A stretch of DNA of 64,000 bases, from contig LADT01000019.1 of assembly GCA_000961765.1 (NCBI GenBank), positions 7,110 through 71,109 of the forward strand, given 5' to 3'. A program made the position numbers and the translations under genes. This stretch comes from Clostridiaceae bacterium BRH_c20a. Lineage in GTDB: Bacteria; Bacillota; Peptococcia; Peptococcales; BICA1-8. This document shows positions 17,197-27,056 of this stretch, in pieces (position 1 is the stretch's first letter; the number at the start of each line of letters is the position of its first letter). Below the pieces are notes generated by a model. The model did no database searches. It worked only from the letters and a program-made list of their open reading frames with translations, and was not told the DNA's origin.

Positions 17197-18119
17197 TGGA
17201 ATATGTTATAGAAACTCGGGATTTGACCCGGGATTTTGGTAAGTTCACAGCGGTAGACAAACTTAATATTAAAATTAAGCCTGGTGAGATTTATGGTTTT
17301 CTTGGGCCAAATGGTGCTGGAAAATCTACTGTCATTAGAATGCTGTGTGGTATTTTGGAACCCACTGAAGGGTCAGCCACTATACTCGGTTATGATCTCT
17401 TGCGGGAAACAGAAAAAATTAAAAGTTACATTGGCTATATGTCCCAAAAGTTCAGTCTCTATGATGACCTTACAGTTTTGGAAAATTTAAATTTTTATGC
17501 CGGTATTTATAGCATAACTAGGGAGGTGCGACAGGAGCGTATCGGGGAGATGTTAGCAATGGCTGGTTTAAGGGGTCGTGAAAAGGAACTGGTTGCTAAT
17601 CTCAGTGGGGGCTGGAAGCAGCGGCTAGCTCTAGGCTGTGCCATAATTGCCCGTCCCGCTATTATCTTTTTGGATGAACCCACCAGCGGTGTTAGTCCCA
17701 CCAGCCGAAGGATGTTTTTTAATATTATTCAGGAATTAGCAAATCAAGGTACAACTATTATGGTTACTACTCATTTTATGGACGAAGCGGAGCGCTGTCA
17801 TAAAATTGCTTTTATTTCAGCCGGAAGGTTAATGGCTGTGAATACTCCTGACTATCTAAAAAGGAATACCCTTGAGGGCTTCTTGGTGGAGTTAGCCATA
17901 CCCCAGGCTATGGAGAAAATTAGCGCTTTTGAAAACTTACCCTATGTTAAGGATTGTACTATTCATGGCCCTTTGCTCCATGTTTTGTTGGATGATGAAA
18001 AACATATTGGAGCTTTGCGGGATTTTTCCGGAGTAGAACCCAGACCCATAGTTCCGTCCTTAGAGGATGTATTTATAGCATTAGCAAAACGTCAGAGGGC
18101 AGGTGAAAGTTATGCATAG
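17196..18119 (+). CDS. ABC transporter ATP-binding protein (second NBD)
   Basis: GPNGAGKST, LSGGWKQR, IFLDEPT; start overlaps the previous stop. Confidence 0.95.
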   Translation: MEYVIETRDLTRDFGKFTAVDKLNIKIKPGEIYGFLGPNGAGKSTVIRMLCGILEPTEGSATILGYDLLRETEKIKSYIGYMSQKFSLYDDLTVLENLNFYAGIYSITREVRQERIGEMLAMAGLRGREKELVANLSGGWKQRLALGCAIIARPAIIFLDEPTSGVSPTSRRMFFNIIQELANQGTTIMVTTHFMDEAERCHKIAFISAGRLMAVNTPDYLKRNTLEGFLVELAIPQAMEKISAFENLPYVKDCTIHGPLLHVLLDDEKHIGALRDFSGVEPRPIVPSLEDVFIALAKRQRAGESYA

Positions 18120-19221
18120 AATAATAGCAGTGTTACACAAGGAATTTTTACAAATGCGTCGCGATAAAATGACCCTAGGCCTAATATTTATGATTCCTTT
18201 AGTCCAGCTTTTGCTCTTTGGTTTTGCCATCCAGACGGAAGTTAAACATATTTCTACAGTGGTTTTTGACCAGTCCCTAACCAGTGAAAGCCGGGCCTTA
18301 TTGGAATCCTTCAGTGCTTCGGGCTATTTTGACATTAAGTATGTAGTTGATGAATATAGTGATGTGAATAAAATGATAGATAGCGGGAAGGCAAAGGTAG
18401 GGATCGTTTTCCCTCCCAACTTTGCTACTAGTGTAAACCGGGGTGTTCCAGCACCGGTGCAGGTTTTAGTGGATGCTAGTGACAACATGGTTGCCAATCA
18501 GGCTATTGCTATAGCCAATTCTATTGGGCTCATCAAGTCCCAGGAGATGCTCGCCAAAAAGGTAAAACTCTCTGGTCCACCTTATGATATAAGGGTTCGC
18601 CCCTTGTATAACCCGGACGGAATAACGGCCTATTATATGGTTCCGGCTATCTTAGGTATTGTTGTAACAATGACTATGGTTTTAATTACATCTATGGGTA
18701 TTGTCAGGGAAAGGGAAAGGGGTACACTAGAACAGCTAATGGTAACACCAATCAAACCCTTAGAGCTAATGATCGGGAAAATATTACCTTATATCGTCCT
18801 GGGGTATTTGCAAATTACTGTGGCCCTGATTATAGGTGTTACCGTTTTTGGCGTCCCTATTAGGGGCAGCCTCTTGGAGCTGTATTTATTAACCCTCTTT
18901 TTCATTACAGCTTCCCTGGGGTTGGGCATCCTGATTTCCAATGTAGCCAAGACTCAGATGCAGGCCATGCAGATGGGCTTTTTCGTTATGCTGCCCAGTA
19001 TCCTGTTATCAGGCTTTATGTTTCCTAGGGATGCCATGCCCCCCTTTATTTATTATCTTAGCAATGTGATTCCCCTTACTTACTACCTGGATATCATTAG
19101 GGGCATAGTATTAAAAGGGATTGGCTTCCCCTACCTGGTAGGGCAGGTTGTATCCCTGCTAGTTTTTTCCGTGGTACTACTAATTGCAAGTACCCTGAAG
19201 TTTAAGAAAAAAATCGCTTAA
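18103..19221 (+). CDS. ABC-2 type permease
   Basis: 372 aa; one N-terminal TM, large loop, C-terminal TM bundle; start GTG 18103 or ATG 18112. Confidence 0.88.
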   Translation: MKVMHRIIAVLHKEFLQMRRDKMTLGLIFMIPLVQLLLFGFAIQTEVKHISTVVFDQSLTSESRALLESFSASGYFDIKYVVDEYSDVNKMIDSGKAKVGIVFPPNFATSVNRGVPAPVQVLVDASDNMVANQAIAIANSIGLIKSQEMLAKKVKLSGPPYDIRVRPLYNPDGITAYYMVPAILGIVVTMTMVLITSMGIVRERERGTLEQLMVTPIKPLELMIGKILPYIVLGYLQITVALIIGVTVFGVPIRGSLLELYLLTLFFITASLGLGILISNVAKTQMQAMQMGFFVMLPSILLSGFMFPRDAMPPFIYYLSNVIPLTYYLDIIRGIVLKGIGFPYLVGQVVSLLVFSVVLLIASTLKFKKKIA

Positions 19222-19230
19222 TAAGCCACA

Positions 19231-19458
19231 GAGGCTGAGGCTGAGGCTGAGGCTGAGGTTAAGGTTAAGGTTAAGGTTAAGGCTAAGGCTAAGGCTAAGG
19301 CTAAGACTAAGATTAAGATTAAGATTAAGATTAAGCTTCGCTAGAATATACTTTAAAAAATCTAACGGAATGAAATGCAGTGAAATCTTAATCTAACGAA
19401 GTGAAATCTTATTTTCTTTTCTTCTCAACCTCAACCTTAGCCTTAACCTAGCGAAGCG
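19231..19458. repeat. composite hexamer-array element with inverted arms
   Basis: 18 hexamers (19231-19338): GAGGCT x4, GAGGTT, AAGGTT x3, AAGGCT x4, AAGACT, AAGATT x4, AAGCTT. A spacer follows with AATCTAACGRARTGAAAT duplicated. The inverted arm is CTCAACCTCAACCTTAGCCTTAACCTAGCGAAGCG (19424-19458). Confidence 0.95.
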
Positions 19459-19535
19459 GAGGTGTTACTATCAAAGAGAGAATTCTTTCTGCCTTTCTGG
19501 AGATTTCCAGGACCAAAGGCTTTTATAGGCTGACC

Positions 19536-20042
19536 ATGGATGAACTAGCGGCTGAGGCTGGCTTGAGCAAACGTACTCTTTATCGGTATTTCCGCAGCAA
19601 GGATGAAATAATTGAAGCTGCACTGGATAAGTTTATGGGGGAAGTGGCTTTAAAGATCGAAGAATTTGTTTCCACCCAGCACAGGCCAGATGAAATCATG
19701 GCCCACATGTTGCACAACATATTACTTCATGTAGGGCGGATAATTAACAATCCTCTGGTACTGGAGGATTTACGCAAGCATTATCCCCATTATTGGAAAA
19801 AGATTGATGACTTTCGCATGGAAAAGGCCCAGCACATCATCAAGAGTAAATTTTTTATGGATGACAAAAATAAGGCTTATATTAGGGATATTGATCCCCG
19901 CATTGTGACAACTGCAGTATTAGCCGCTGTCCAGGCAGTAGCCAATCCCGAATTTATCATTACCAATGGCTTGACCTTCGAAGTAACTATCAAGCAGCTA
20001 ATGGAGTTTTTACAATACGGTTTCATGAAAGAAGAAAAATAA
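19536..20042 (+). CDS. TetR-family transcriptional regulator (annotated from first ATG; homology extends upstream)
   Basis: ELAAEAGLSKRTLYRYF HTH. The in-frame upstream codons IKERILSAFLEISRTKGFYRLT (19470-19535) encode helix 1 but no ATG/GTG/TTG precedes them. Confidence 0.85.
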   Translation: MDELAAEAGLSKRTLYRYFRSKDEIIEAALDKFMGEVALKIEEFVSTQHRPDEIMAHMLHNILLHVGRIINNPLVLEDLRKHYPHYWKKIDDFRMEKAQHIIKSKFFMDDKNKAYIRDIDPRIVTTAVLAAVQAVANPEFIITNGLTFEVTIKQLMEFLQYGFMKEEK

Positions 20043-20066
20043 AAAGGATGACTTATTATTTCGGTA

Positions 20067-22193
20067 TTATTTATACTTGCACAATACTGCTTTAATGGCA
20101 AAGTAGTCTACTTCTGCCGGTAGACTTTCTTTAATGGGCTTTAAATACTCTCCACCTACTGTCTTTATAGCTTGCAAAATTAGATTTTCATATTCTTGCG
20201 GGATAAGGGCATCAAGGTTTACCGCCAGTCCTTCTAGAGCGCATTGAATAATATGATTTTGAGTAGTAATCAAGGTTAGCTCTCTTTGCCGGGCGATTTC
20301 CTCTAAAGGTAACCCTGTTTGATACAATTCTAAAGTTAATAAATGGCTTGGTGTTTTATCAATTTTCTTCTTGATCTTAGTGGTTTCGTTAGCCTCTTTT
20401 GTTATATTTCGTGATATATTGTTTTCCTCAGCATACTTTCTGATTTGGGCTAAAAACACATCCCCATATTTTTGCAGTTTATTTTCTCCTACGCCTTTAA
20501 TCTTTAATAAAGCATGGGCATCTTGTGGGTAAAATTTACTCATTTCCTTCAAAGTACTATCAGGGAAGATAATGTAGGGAGGTACGTTTTCCTTATTAGA
20601 GATATCTTTACGTAATTGTCTAAGTAGTTCGAATAAGGAATTATCCTCTGGTAGCCTTTCTCTTTTCTTTTGCACCTTTTGGTAGACCTTTTGATCATTT
20701 TTAAGAACCGCTAAGGCTTTTTCTTCAATTTTTACGACAGGGTACTGCCCTTCAGTCAAACTAAGATAACCATCAGCTACTAAGAGGTTGATTATATCCC
20801 TAATTTCCTTTTCTGTAGCTTCAGTCATAATTCCATAAGTAGATAGGCGGTCACAGTTTAATTCTAGGACTTTTTTATTTTTTGATCCTTTAAGAACCTG
20901 GGCAATAAAGGTGCTGCCATATCTTTGTTTGAGGCGAATAATACAAGAGAAAATTTTCTGTGCATCAACGGTGATATCTACTAAATCGCTATCATCAGTA
21001 CATGTAGAGCAATTTCCACAATCTCCCGGCACATCCTCTTCGCCAAAGTATTCCAGAATAAATTTACGAAGGCAGCTTGGGGTATAACAATAATCTATAA
21101 TTTCTTGCAGCTTTTTATATTCATTACTCTTTCTTTCCGGGGAGGTGACCGATTGTTCAATCATGAATTTTTGCAGCAGGATGTCTTGGGGACCAAATAG
21201 GAGAATACATTGACTAGGCTCACCATCTCTGCCAGCCCGCCCTGCTTCTTGATAATAAGCCTCCACATTTTTTGGCAGATTATAATGAATTACAAATCTG
21301 ACATTGGATTTATCAATGCCCATTCCAAAGGCGTTTGTTGCCACAATTATATTATTATTATCAAAAAGGAAAGCTTCCTGATTTTGTTTTCTCTCTTCTG
21401 TACTAAGTCCTGCATGGTATTTTGTAGGATTAAAGCCGGCAAGGGACAATTCTTTATAGATGCTTTCTACTTCTTTCCGGGTTGCAGCATAAATAATCCC
21501 TACCTGGTCTCTATTGTTTCTGACATAGTCTAAAACGTAATCCCTTTTATTTTCCCCTCTAACTACGGATAAAAAAAGGTTTTCACGGTTAAAGCCGGTA
21601 ATATAAATATTGGGTTTATTAAGTGTTAATAAATTAACCACATCTTTTTTTACTTCCTCAGTTGCGGTTGCAGTAAAAGCACCAATTATTGGCTTTGTGG
21701 GCAATTCTTTAATAAAGTCAGGAATGTGGCGATAGCTGGGTCTAAAATCATGACCCCATTGGGATACACAATGGGCTTCATCCACAGCTACAAAATCTAT
21801 TTGTAAATTGCTGATAAGGGAAGCAAAGCCTGCAGATTCTAATCTTTCAGGAGCAATATATAATAATTTATACTTTCCTTGCTTTACTTGATAAATTCTT
21901 TTTTCTGTTTCTGCAAAGCTTAAGGAACTATTTATAAAAGTAGCGGGTATTCCCATATTTTCAAGGGTATCTACCTGGTCCTTCATTAGGGAAATCAAGG
22001 GGGAGATGACCAGTGTTACTCCTTCTAATAATAGAGCCGGTATTTGATAGCACAGTGACTTACCAGCACCTGTAGGCATAATCACAAAGGTATCCTGCTT
22101 TTTTAGGATACTCATTATAATTTCCTCTTGCCCTTTCTTAAAATTATGATAGCCAAAATATTTCTTTAATATATCCAGTACTTTTGTATGCAT
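20067..22193 (-). CDS. recQ: ATP-dependent DNA helicase RecQ
   Basis: 708 aa; MPTGAGKSLCYQIPALL, VAVDEAHCVSQWGHDFRPSY, Zn-binding Cys cluster, C-terminal HRDC-like region. Confidence 0.96.
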   Translation of the reverse strand: MHTKVLDILKKYFGYHNFKKGQEEIIMSILKKQDTFVIMPTGAGKSLCYQIPALLLEGVTLVISPLISLMKDQVDTLENMGIPATFINSSLSFAETEKRIYQVKQGKYKLLYIAPERLESAGFASLISNLQIDFVAVDEAHCVSQWGHDFRPSYRHIPDFIKELPTKPIIGAFTATATEEVKKDVVNLLTLNKPNIYITGFNRENLFLSVVRGENKRDYVLDYVRNNRDQVGIIYAATRKEVESIYKELSLAGFNPTKYHAGLSTEERKQNQEAFLFDNNNIIVATNAFGMGIDKSNVRFVIHYNLPKNVEAYYQEAGRAGRDGEPSQCILLFGPQDILLQKFMIEQSVTSPERKSNEYKKLQEIIDYCYTPSCLRKFILEYFGEEDVPGDCGNCSTCTDDSDLVDITVDAQKIFSCIIRLKQRYGSTFIAQVLKGSKNKKVLELNCDRLSTYGIMTEATEKEIRDIINLLVADGYLSLTEGQYPVVKIEEKALAVLKNDQKVYQKVQKKRERLPEDNSLFELLRQLRKDISNKENVPPYIIFPDSTLKEMSKFYPQDAHALLKIKGVGENKLQKYGDVFLAQIRKYAEENNISRNITKEANETTKIKKKIDKTPSHLLTLELYQTGLPLEEIARQRELTLITTQNHIIQCALEGLAVNLDALIPQEYENLILQAIKTVGGEYLKPIKESLPAEVDYFAIKAVLCKYK

Positions 22194-22383
22194 AAATTTA
22201 CTCCTTTAAAAGATAATTAAATAACAATGTTAGACAAAGATACCATTAATGCCTCTTTTTTTTGTGATATATATTAAGTTAATTTACACATTTACTTTGA
22301 CATTGGCGAAAGGTGGGAGTTTAATGTTAAAGTAGAGAAAATAGAATAATATTTACAGATAAGCTTAAGGGAAGGGATGTTTT

Positions 22384-23253
22384 ATGAAAATAATTGATGC
22401 CCATCTTCATTTTTCTAACAGAGAGGGCTTGAAGAAAACTTCTAGGGAAATTTCCCAAATAGATTATAGTGCTAAAGGGCTAGGAAAGGAGTTTAGAGAA
22501 GGAAATGTAGTTGCCGGAGTTGTTATGAATACACCTGGACGAGACCCTTATGAATCCTTCGATCATTCAATGGAATTAGCTCTGGAGGATGGAACTCTAG
22601 ATTGCTTGCTCTCTTGCGTTGGAGTTAATCCGATAGAGCTGCAAAAGGGTAGTCGAGAATTGTTTATTATTGAAGAAGAACTTACAAAGATTTGGACAAC
22701 AGGTATTAAAATATATGCAGGATACTTTCATTATTACGTTTATGATCCAATCTATGACCCTATATACGAGCTTGCAAAAAAATACAAGGTTCCTGTTGCC
22801 ATCCATTGTGGGGATACCCAATCAGCGCAAGGTCTATTAAAATATTCCCACCCTCTAACTATAGATGAGCTGGCAGTAAATCATCCGGATCTAAATTTTA
22901 TTATTTGTCACTTGGGGGTTCCCTGGGTTATGGACACAGCTGAACTAATCCTAAAAAATCCCAATGTTTATGCAGATGTATCAGGGCTTATTGCAGGAAA
23001 CAAAGAACAAGTGCTACGGATGAAGGATACAAGGTTATATGTTGAGTTAATCCAGCAGGGCTTAGTATACGCCAATCGATATGACAAAATTCTATTCGGA
23101 TCAGACTGGCCCCTTGTGCCCATTGCCCCCTATGTTGAATTTATTAAAGATATAATTCCTGTAGAATACCATGAGGATGTATTTTTTAATAATGCCCTTA
23201 ATGTCTTTCCCAAAATGAAGTACATTATCAAATCGCTAGATGAACAAAAATAA
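22384..23253 (+). CDS. amidohydrolase-family (TIM-barrel metal-dependent) hydrolase
   Basis: 289 aa; MKIIDAHLHF start and later HCG / FGSDWP motifs. Confidence 0.75.
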   Translation: MKIIDAHLHFSNREGLKKTSREISQIDYSAKGLGKEFREGNVVAGVVMNTPGRDPYESFDHSMELALEDGTLDCLLSCVGVNPIELQKGSRELFIIEEELTKIWTTGIKIYAGYFHYYVYDPIYDPIYELAKKYKVPVAIHCGDTQSAQGLLKYSHPLTIDELAVNHPDLNFIICHLGVPWVMDTAELILKNPNVYADVSGLIAGNKEQVLRMKDTRLYVELIQQGLVYANRYDKILFGSDWPLVPIAPYVEFIKDIIPVEYHEDVFFNNALNVFPKMKYIIKSLDEQK

Positions 23254-23328
23254 GCCCCTCTTAAAACAGGGCTTATTTTTTTATAAATCAAAACCATAAA
23301 ATTAGTTTAAAAAAGTTCTTAATTAATA

Positions 23329-23381
23329 TTGACAAATAATCAATTAGGTAACATATTACTTATAAAGGTAATATATTACCT
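23329..23381 (+). promoter_or_regulatory. promoter with two tandem palindromic boxes (MarR operator candidate)
   Basis: TTGACA (23329-23334, mistaken for a TTG start in the ORF track); near-palindrome GGTAACATATTACT (23347-23360); perfect 14-bp palindrome GGTAATATATTACC (23367-23380). Confidence 0.6.
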
Positions 23382-23397
23382 AATCAGGGGGGATTTT

Positions 23398-23862
23398 ATG
23401 GATAGAGATGATATTCTTGAAAAACAAAAGCTTATATTTGGCAGCATTTTTTTACTATCAAATAAATTACAGGTAATAATGGACCGTGATTTAGCAAGAT
23501 ATGATTTGACTGCAAAACAATGGTTTTTGACAGCAATAATGGAGGAGTTCTTTAATAGCCCGCCTACTCTAAGTGAATTAGCAGAGGCAATGGGTAGTAC
23601 CCATCAAAATGTGAAACAAATTGCCCTTAAACTTCAAAAAAGGGATCTATTAGAAATGCAAAAAGACGAAAAGGACCGTAGAGCAACTCGATTGAAGCTA
23701 ACAGAGAAAAGTTATGCCTTTTGGGATAAAAGGCAGGAGCAAAGTAAAAGTTTTCTAAATGAGTTTTTTGAAGACCTAAGCGAAGAAGAATTAAATATAA
23801 TGTGTTATGGATTAAATAAGCTATATGAAAAGTTGCTAAAATTGGGAGAAACGCAGAAATAA
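23398..23862 (+). CDS. MarR-family transcriptional regulator
   Basis: 154 aa from ATG 23398 (SD GGGGGG); LTAKQWFLTAIM, PPTLSELAEAMGSTHQNVKQIALKL, DRRATRLKLTEKS. Confidence 0.88.
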   Translation: MDRDDILEKQKLIFGSIFLLSNKLQVIMDRDLARYDLTAKQWFLTAIMEEFFNSPPTLSELAEAMGSTHQNVKQIALKLQKRDLLEMQKDEKDRRATRLKLTEKSYAFWDKRQEQSKSFLNEFFEDLSEEELNIMCYGLNKLYEKLLKLGETQK

Positions 23863-23897
23863 TCTCATTAGAAAAAAACATATTTAGGGGGGTTGGG

Positions 23898-24374
23898 ATG
23901 AGTACGTTAATTGTTTATTCAACCAAGTACGGCTGTGCTCAGAAGTGTGCGCAAATGCTTTCGGAAAAATTAAACGGCAAAGTTGATTTATGTAATTTGA
24001 AAACTTCCAAGGCTTTAGATCCTGCAGCATATGATAAAGTGGTTATTGGTGGCTCAATATACATAGGTAAGGTTCAAAAAGAAGTAAGCCGTTTTTGTTC
24101 AGATAATAGGAGTATCTTAAAAGATAAAACCATAGGACTATTCATCTGCGGAATGTTTAAAGATCAAGCTGAGAAGGAATTAAAGGATTCTTTTCCTTTA
24201 GAAATTTTGAATAATGCTGTTGCCAAGGAATTCTTGGGAGGAGAATTTGTTTTTAAAAAAATGAATCCTGTTGAAAGGCTCATGGTCAAGAGGATAGCTA
24301 AGGTAGATAAAGACTTAACAGATATTTCGGAGGAAAATATTAATAGGATCGTACAGTCCATGAATAATATATAA
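23898..24374 (+). CDS. flavodoxin-like protein
   Basis: 158 aa; LIVYSTKYGCAQKCAQ N-terminus typical of flavodoxin/HemG-like proteins. Confidence 0.7.
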   Translation: MSTLIVYSTKYGCAQKCAQMLSEKLNGKVDLCNLKTSKALDPAAYDKVVIGGSIYIGKVQKEVSRFCSDNRSILKDKTIGLFICGMFKDQAEKELKDSFPLEILNNAVAKEFLGGEFVFKKMNPVERLMVKRIAKVDKDLTDISEENINRIVQSMNNI

Positions 24375-24412
24375 AAAATTAAAGATTAAAGATATGAGGG
24401 GAAGGATTTATC

Positions 24413-25294
24413 ATGAAAACTCAAAGAATAATTACGTTACTAGTTTTATGTATTGTAGTATTTTCATTAGTTGCAACTGCAGCCGGCATATTCTCCAATG
24501 AGGGTCCGGGGCCATATGAGCATACATCTGTTCGCGGTGAAACAGTATTAATTTATGGAAACGGCATTTATCAGCATATGTCTGCAGAAGTAGCTCCCCA
24601 AGGAATTGCTCAGGATGTTATCACAATGTTTTTAGGTATACCCTTACTTTTAATAGGGCTTTACTTTTCACAAAAAGGATCACTTCGAGGCAGAATACTT
24701 TTGGCAGGGACTTTGGGGTATTTTTTGGTTACATACCTTTTTTACTTGGTTATGGGTATGTTTAATAAAATGTTCCTGGTTTATGTAATTCTCCTTTCAA
24801 CTAGTTTCTTTGCTTTTTTTCTAACAATATTCTCATTTAATATAGGGAATTTAAGTACCCGCTTTCATGAAAAAACACCTGTCAGATTTGTGGGGGGGGT
24901 TCTCATCTTTAATACAATTTCTATTGCCCTACTGTGGCTGCAAGTAGTTGTACCACCACTGTTAAAAGGAGAGATTCCTAAAGATGTTGAACATTATACA
25001 ACTTTGATTGTTCAGGGCCTCGATTTGTCAATTCTTTTACCTCTAGCATTTTTATCTGGGGTGCTTTTAATCAAGAAAAGACCCTTGGGATATTTAATGG
25101 CACCGGTTTATATCGTCTTTTTATCAATTTTAATGACTGCACTTACAGCAAAAGTCATTGCCATGAATGGAGGTTTTCCGGTGTTGATTATAATTCCTTT
25201 AATTAATTCAATAACAATCTGGTGCTCGGTGCTGGTTATAAAAAATATCAAGGGGCAAATCCATAACGATATTGGTAATTCCCGTTGGGTTTAA
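24413..25294 (+). CDS. membrane protein, unknown function
   Basis: 293 aa, about 8 hydrophobic segments, SD GAGGGGAAGG. Confidence 0.7.
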   Translation: MKTQRIITLLVLCIVVFSLVATAAGIFSNEGPGPYEHTSVRGETVLIYGNGIYQHMSAEVAPQGIAQDVITMFLGIPLLLIGLYFSQKGSLRGRILLAGTLGYFLVTYLFYLVMGMFNKMFLVYVILLSTSFFAFFLTIFSFNIGNLSTRFHEKTPVRFVGGVLIFNTISIALLWLQVVVPPLLKGEIPKDVEHYTTLIVQGLDLSILLPLAFLSGVLLIKKRPLGYLMAPVYIVFLSILMTALTAKVIAMNGGFPVLIIIPLINSITIWCSVLVIKNIKGQIHNDIGNSRWV

Positions 25295-25300
25295 AGTAAA

Positions 25301-25346
25301 AGCGACAAGAGGTAGGTCCACAGGTCCACCCTCTGTCGCTTTTTTC
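25301..25346 (+). terminator. Rho-independent terminator
   Basis: AGCGACAAGAGG / CCCTCTGTCGCT stem followed by T6. Confidence 0.7.
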
Positions 25347-25406
25347 TTTCTCTTTTTGTTGTATAATATATTGGTAAAGAATAGAAATAGCCAAAGGAGC
25401 TTAAGG

Positions 25407-26222
25407 ATGATTAGCTTAAAGGGTAATTTAAGGATGTACCTGGAATTTAGCAGGAAATCATTTCAACGGGCTGCTGCTTACCGTTTTGAAGCCTGGATGC
25501 GGGTGCTATCTAATGTAATATTTTTATTTATGTGGGGATTTATTTGGTATGGATTGTACCAGGGTAAAGAAAGCGTTTCCGGGGTTACCTTTCAGACTGT
25601 TTTCAGCTATATATTAATCAGCCAGATGCTTCAGGGTCTGCACAGTGCTGGTACCCCCTTATGGGATATACAAGAGAAGGTTAGAACAGGAGATATTGTT
25701 TCTGAAATGATACGGCCCTATGATTACCCATTTAGGCTTTTATTTGCAGATTTCGGGAGTATAGCCTTTTATTTTATTACAGCAATACTTCCCTTGTATA
25801 GCGTGATTTTTATTTTATTAAAACTTGTAATACCAGCTTCGCCAGGTCAGTGGCTGTTGTTTTTATTTTCGGCCCTATTAGGCTATTTAATCCGTTACTG
25901 TCTGGAGCTTACTTTCGGTTTATTTACCTTTTGGCTGGTAGAGACTGGTGGAGTTGAGGATATTTTTTACTTTGCAATTTCTCTTTTTTCAGGAGCCATG
26001 ATACCCTTGTGGTTTTTCCCCGGCTGGTTAAACACCTTGGCCCGATTTCTTCCTTTTCAGGGTATTTTCTTCGTGCCCAATTCCATTTTTGTGGGACAAT
26101 TAAGCGGTAAGGAAATATTGCCTGCATTGGGCGTGCAGTTTCTTTGGCTGGTGATTTCTTTTCTAATTCTAAGGTTTGTCTGGTCGCGGGCAGCTAACAA
26201 AATTATAGTACAAGGGGGGTAG
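25407..26222 (+). CDS. ABC-2 family permease (DUF990-like)
   Basis: Start ATG 25407 with SD AAGGAG. The ORF-track start 25272 runs through the upstream terminator. About 6 TM segments. Confidence 0.8.
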   Translation: MISLKGNLRMYLEFSRKSFQRAAAYRFEAWMRVLSNVIFLFMWGFIWYGLYQGKESVSGVTFQTVFSYILISQMLQGLHSAGTPLWDIQEKVRTGDIVSEMIRPYDYPFRLLFADFGSIAFYFITAILPLYSVIFILLKLVIPASPGQWLLFLFSALLGYLIRYCLELTFGLFTFWLVETGGVEDIFYFAISLFSGAMIPLWFFPGWLNTLARFLPFQGIFFVPNSIFVGQLSGKEILPALGVQFLWLVISFLILRFVWSRAANKIIVQGG

Positions 26223-26224
26223 GG

Positions 26225-27037
26225 ATGATGCAGTCTTTCTTGAAAGCAGTCCATATTTATTGGTATATGGTAGAGGCAAGCATCCGGGCTCAAATGCAGT
26301 ATCGCTATGCCTTTGTTATGAATATTGTGGGTTGGATGATGCATTATACTGGGATGGGTATAACAATATGGGTCTTGCTATACTCCTTTCAAACATTAGA
26401 GGGCTGGGTTTTCTGGGAGCTGATTTTTCTGTTTGCGCTGTCTGTTCTTTCCTGGAGTATTTCTATTATTTTTTTCTTTCATTTTCGTACTTTAGATCAA
26501 TATATTGTTAAAGGAACCTTTGACCGTTTCCTAGTTAGACCCATACATCCTTTTTTCCATTTTATGGCGATGAAATTTGATATAGGGGCTATTGGACAAC
26601 TTTTATTCAGTATCTTAGCCTTTATCCTAGCGTATTCTAAGCTATCTCTCCATTGGTCATTTTGGAAATGGACGGTTTTTTCCGGTGCTTTATTGGGAGG
26701 TGCTTTAATCCAAGGTGGAATCATGGTTTTGATTTCGGCTATAGCCTTTTGGACAACCCGTTCCGAAAGGGTCTTTTGGGTAATAATGTTTCCATTAAGG
26801 AATTTAATAAACTATCCTTTATCAATCTTCCCTAGGGCAATTCAGATGGTCATTACTTTTATCCTTCCTTTTGCTTTTGTTAATTATTTACCGTCACTGT
26901 TACTATTAAATAAGACTGATTCCATTTTCCCTCCCTTTTGGGGGAGTTTAAGTTTACTAGTCGGTATTATTTTTTTCTGGCTCAGCCTTCAAGTTTGGCT
27001 AAAAGGTGTCAACAAGTATAACAGTACAGGTTCATAA
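26225..27037 (+). CDS. ABC-2 family permease (second subunit)
   Basis: 270 aa, about 6 TM segments, 2-nt gap from the preceding permease. Confidence 0.8.
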   Translation: MMQSFLKAVHIYWYMVEASIRAQMQYRYAFVMNIVGWMMHYTGMGITIWVLLYSFQTLEGWVFWELIFLFALSVLSWSISIIFFFHFRTLDQYIVKGTFDRFLVRPIHPFFHFMAMKFDIGAIGQLLFSILAFILAYSKLSLHWSFWKWTVFSGALLGGALIQGGIMVLISAIAFWTTRSERVFWVIMFPLRNLINYPLSIFPRAIQMVITFILPFAFVNYLPSLLLLNKTDSIFPPFWGSLSLLVGIIFFWLSLQVWLKGVNKYNSTGS

Positions 27038-27056
27038 TGGTTGAAAGGGGTTTACT

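Noticed and set aside
19231-19458. CRISPR-like appearance of the repeat loci (this and the other arrays)
   Set aside because: Units are only 6-7 nt and directly abutting, without unique spacers; no cas genes are present.
25272-25406. ORF-track N-terminal extension of the ABC-2 permease
   Set aside because: It runs through the terminator hairpin of the preceding gene; ATG 25407 has a proper SD.
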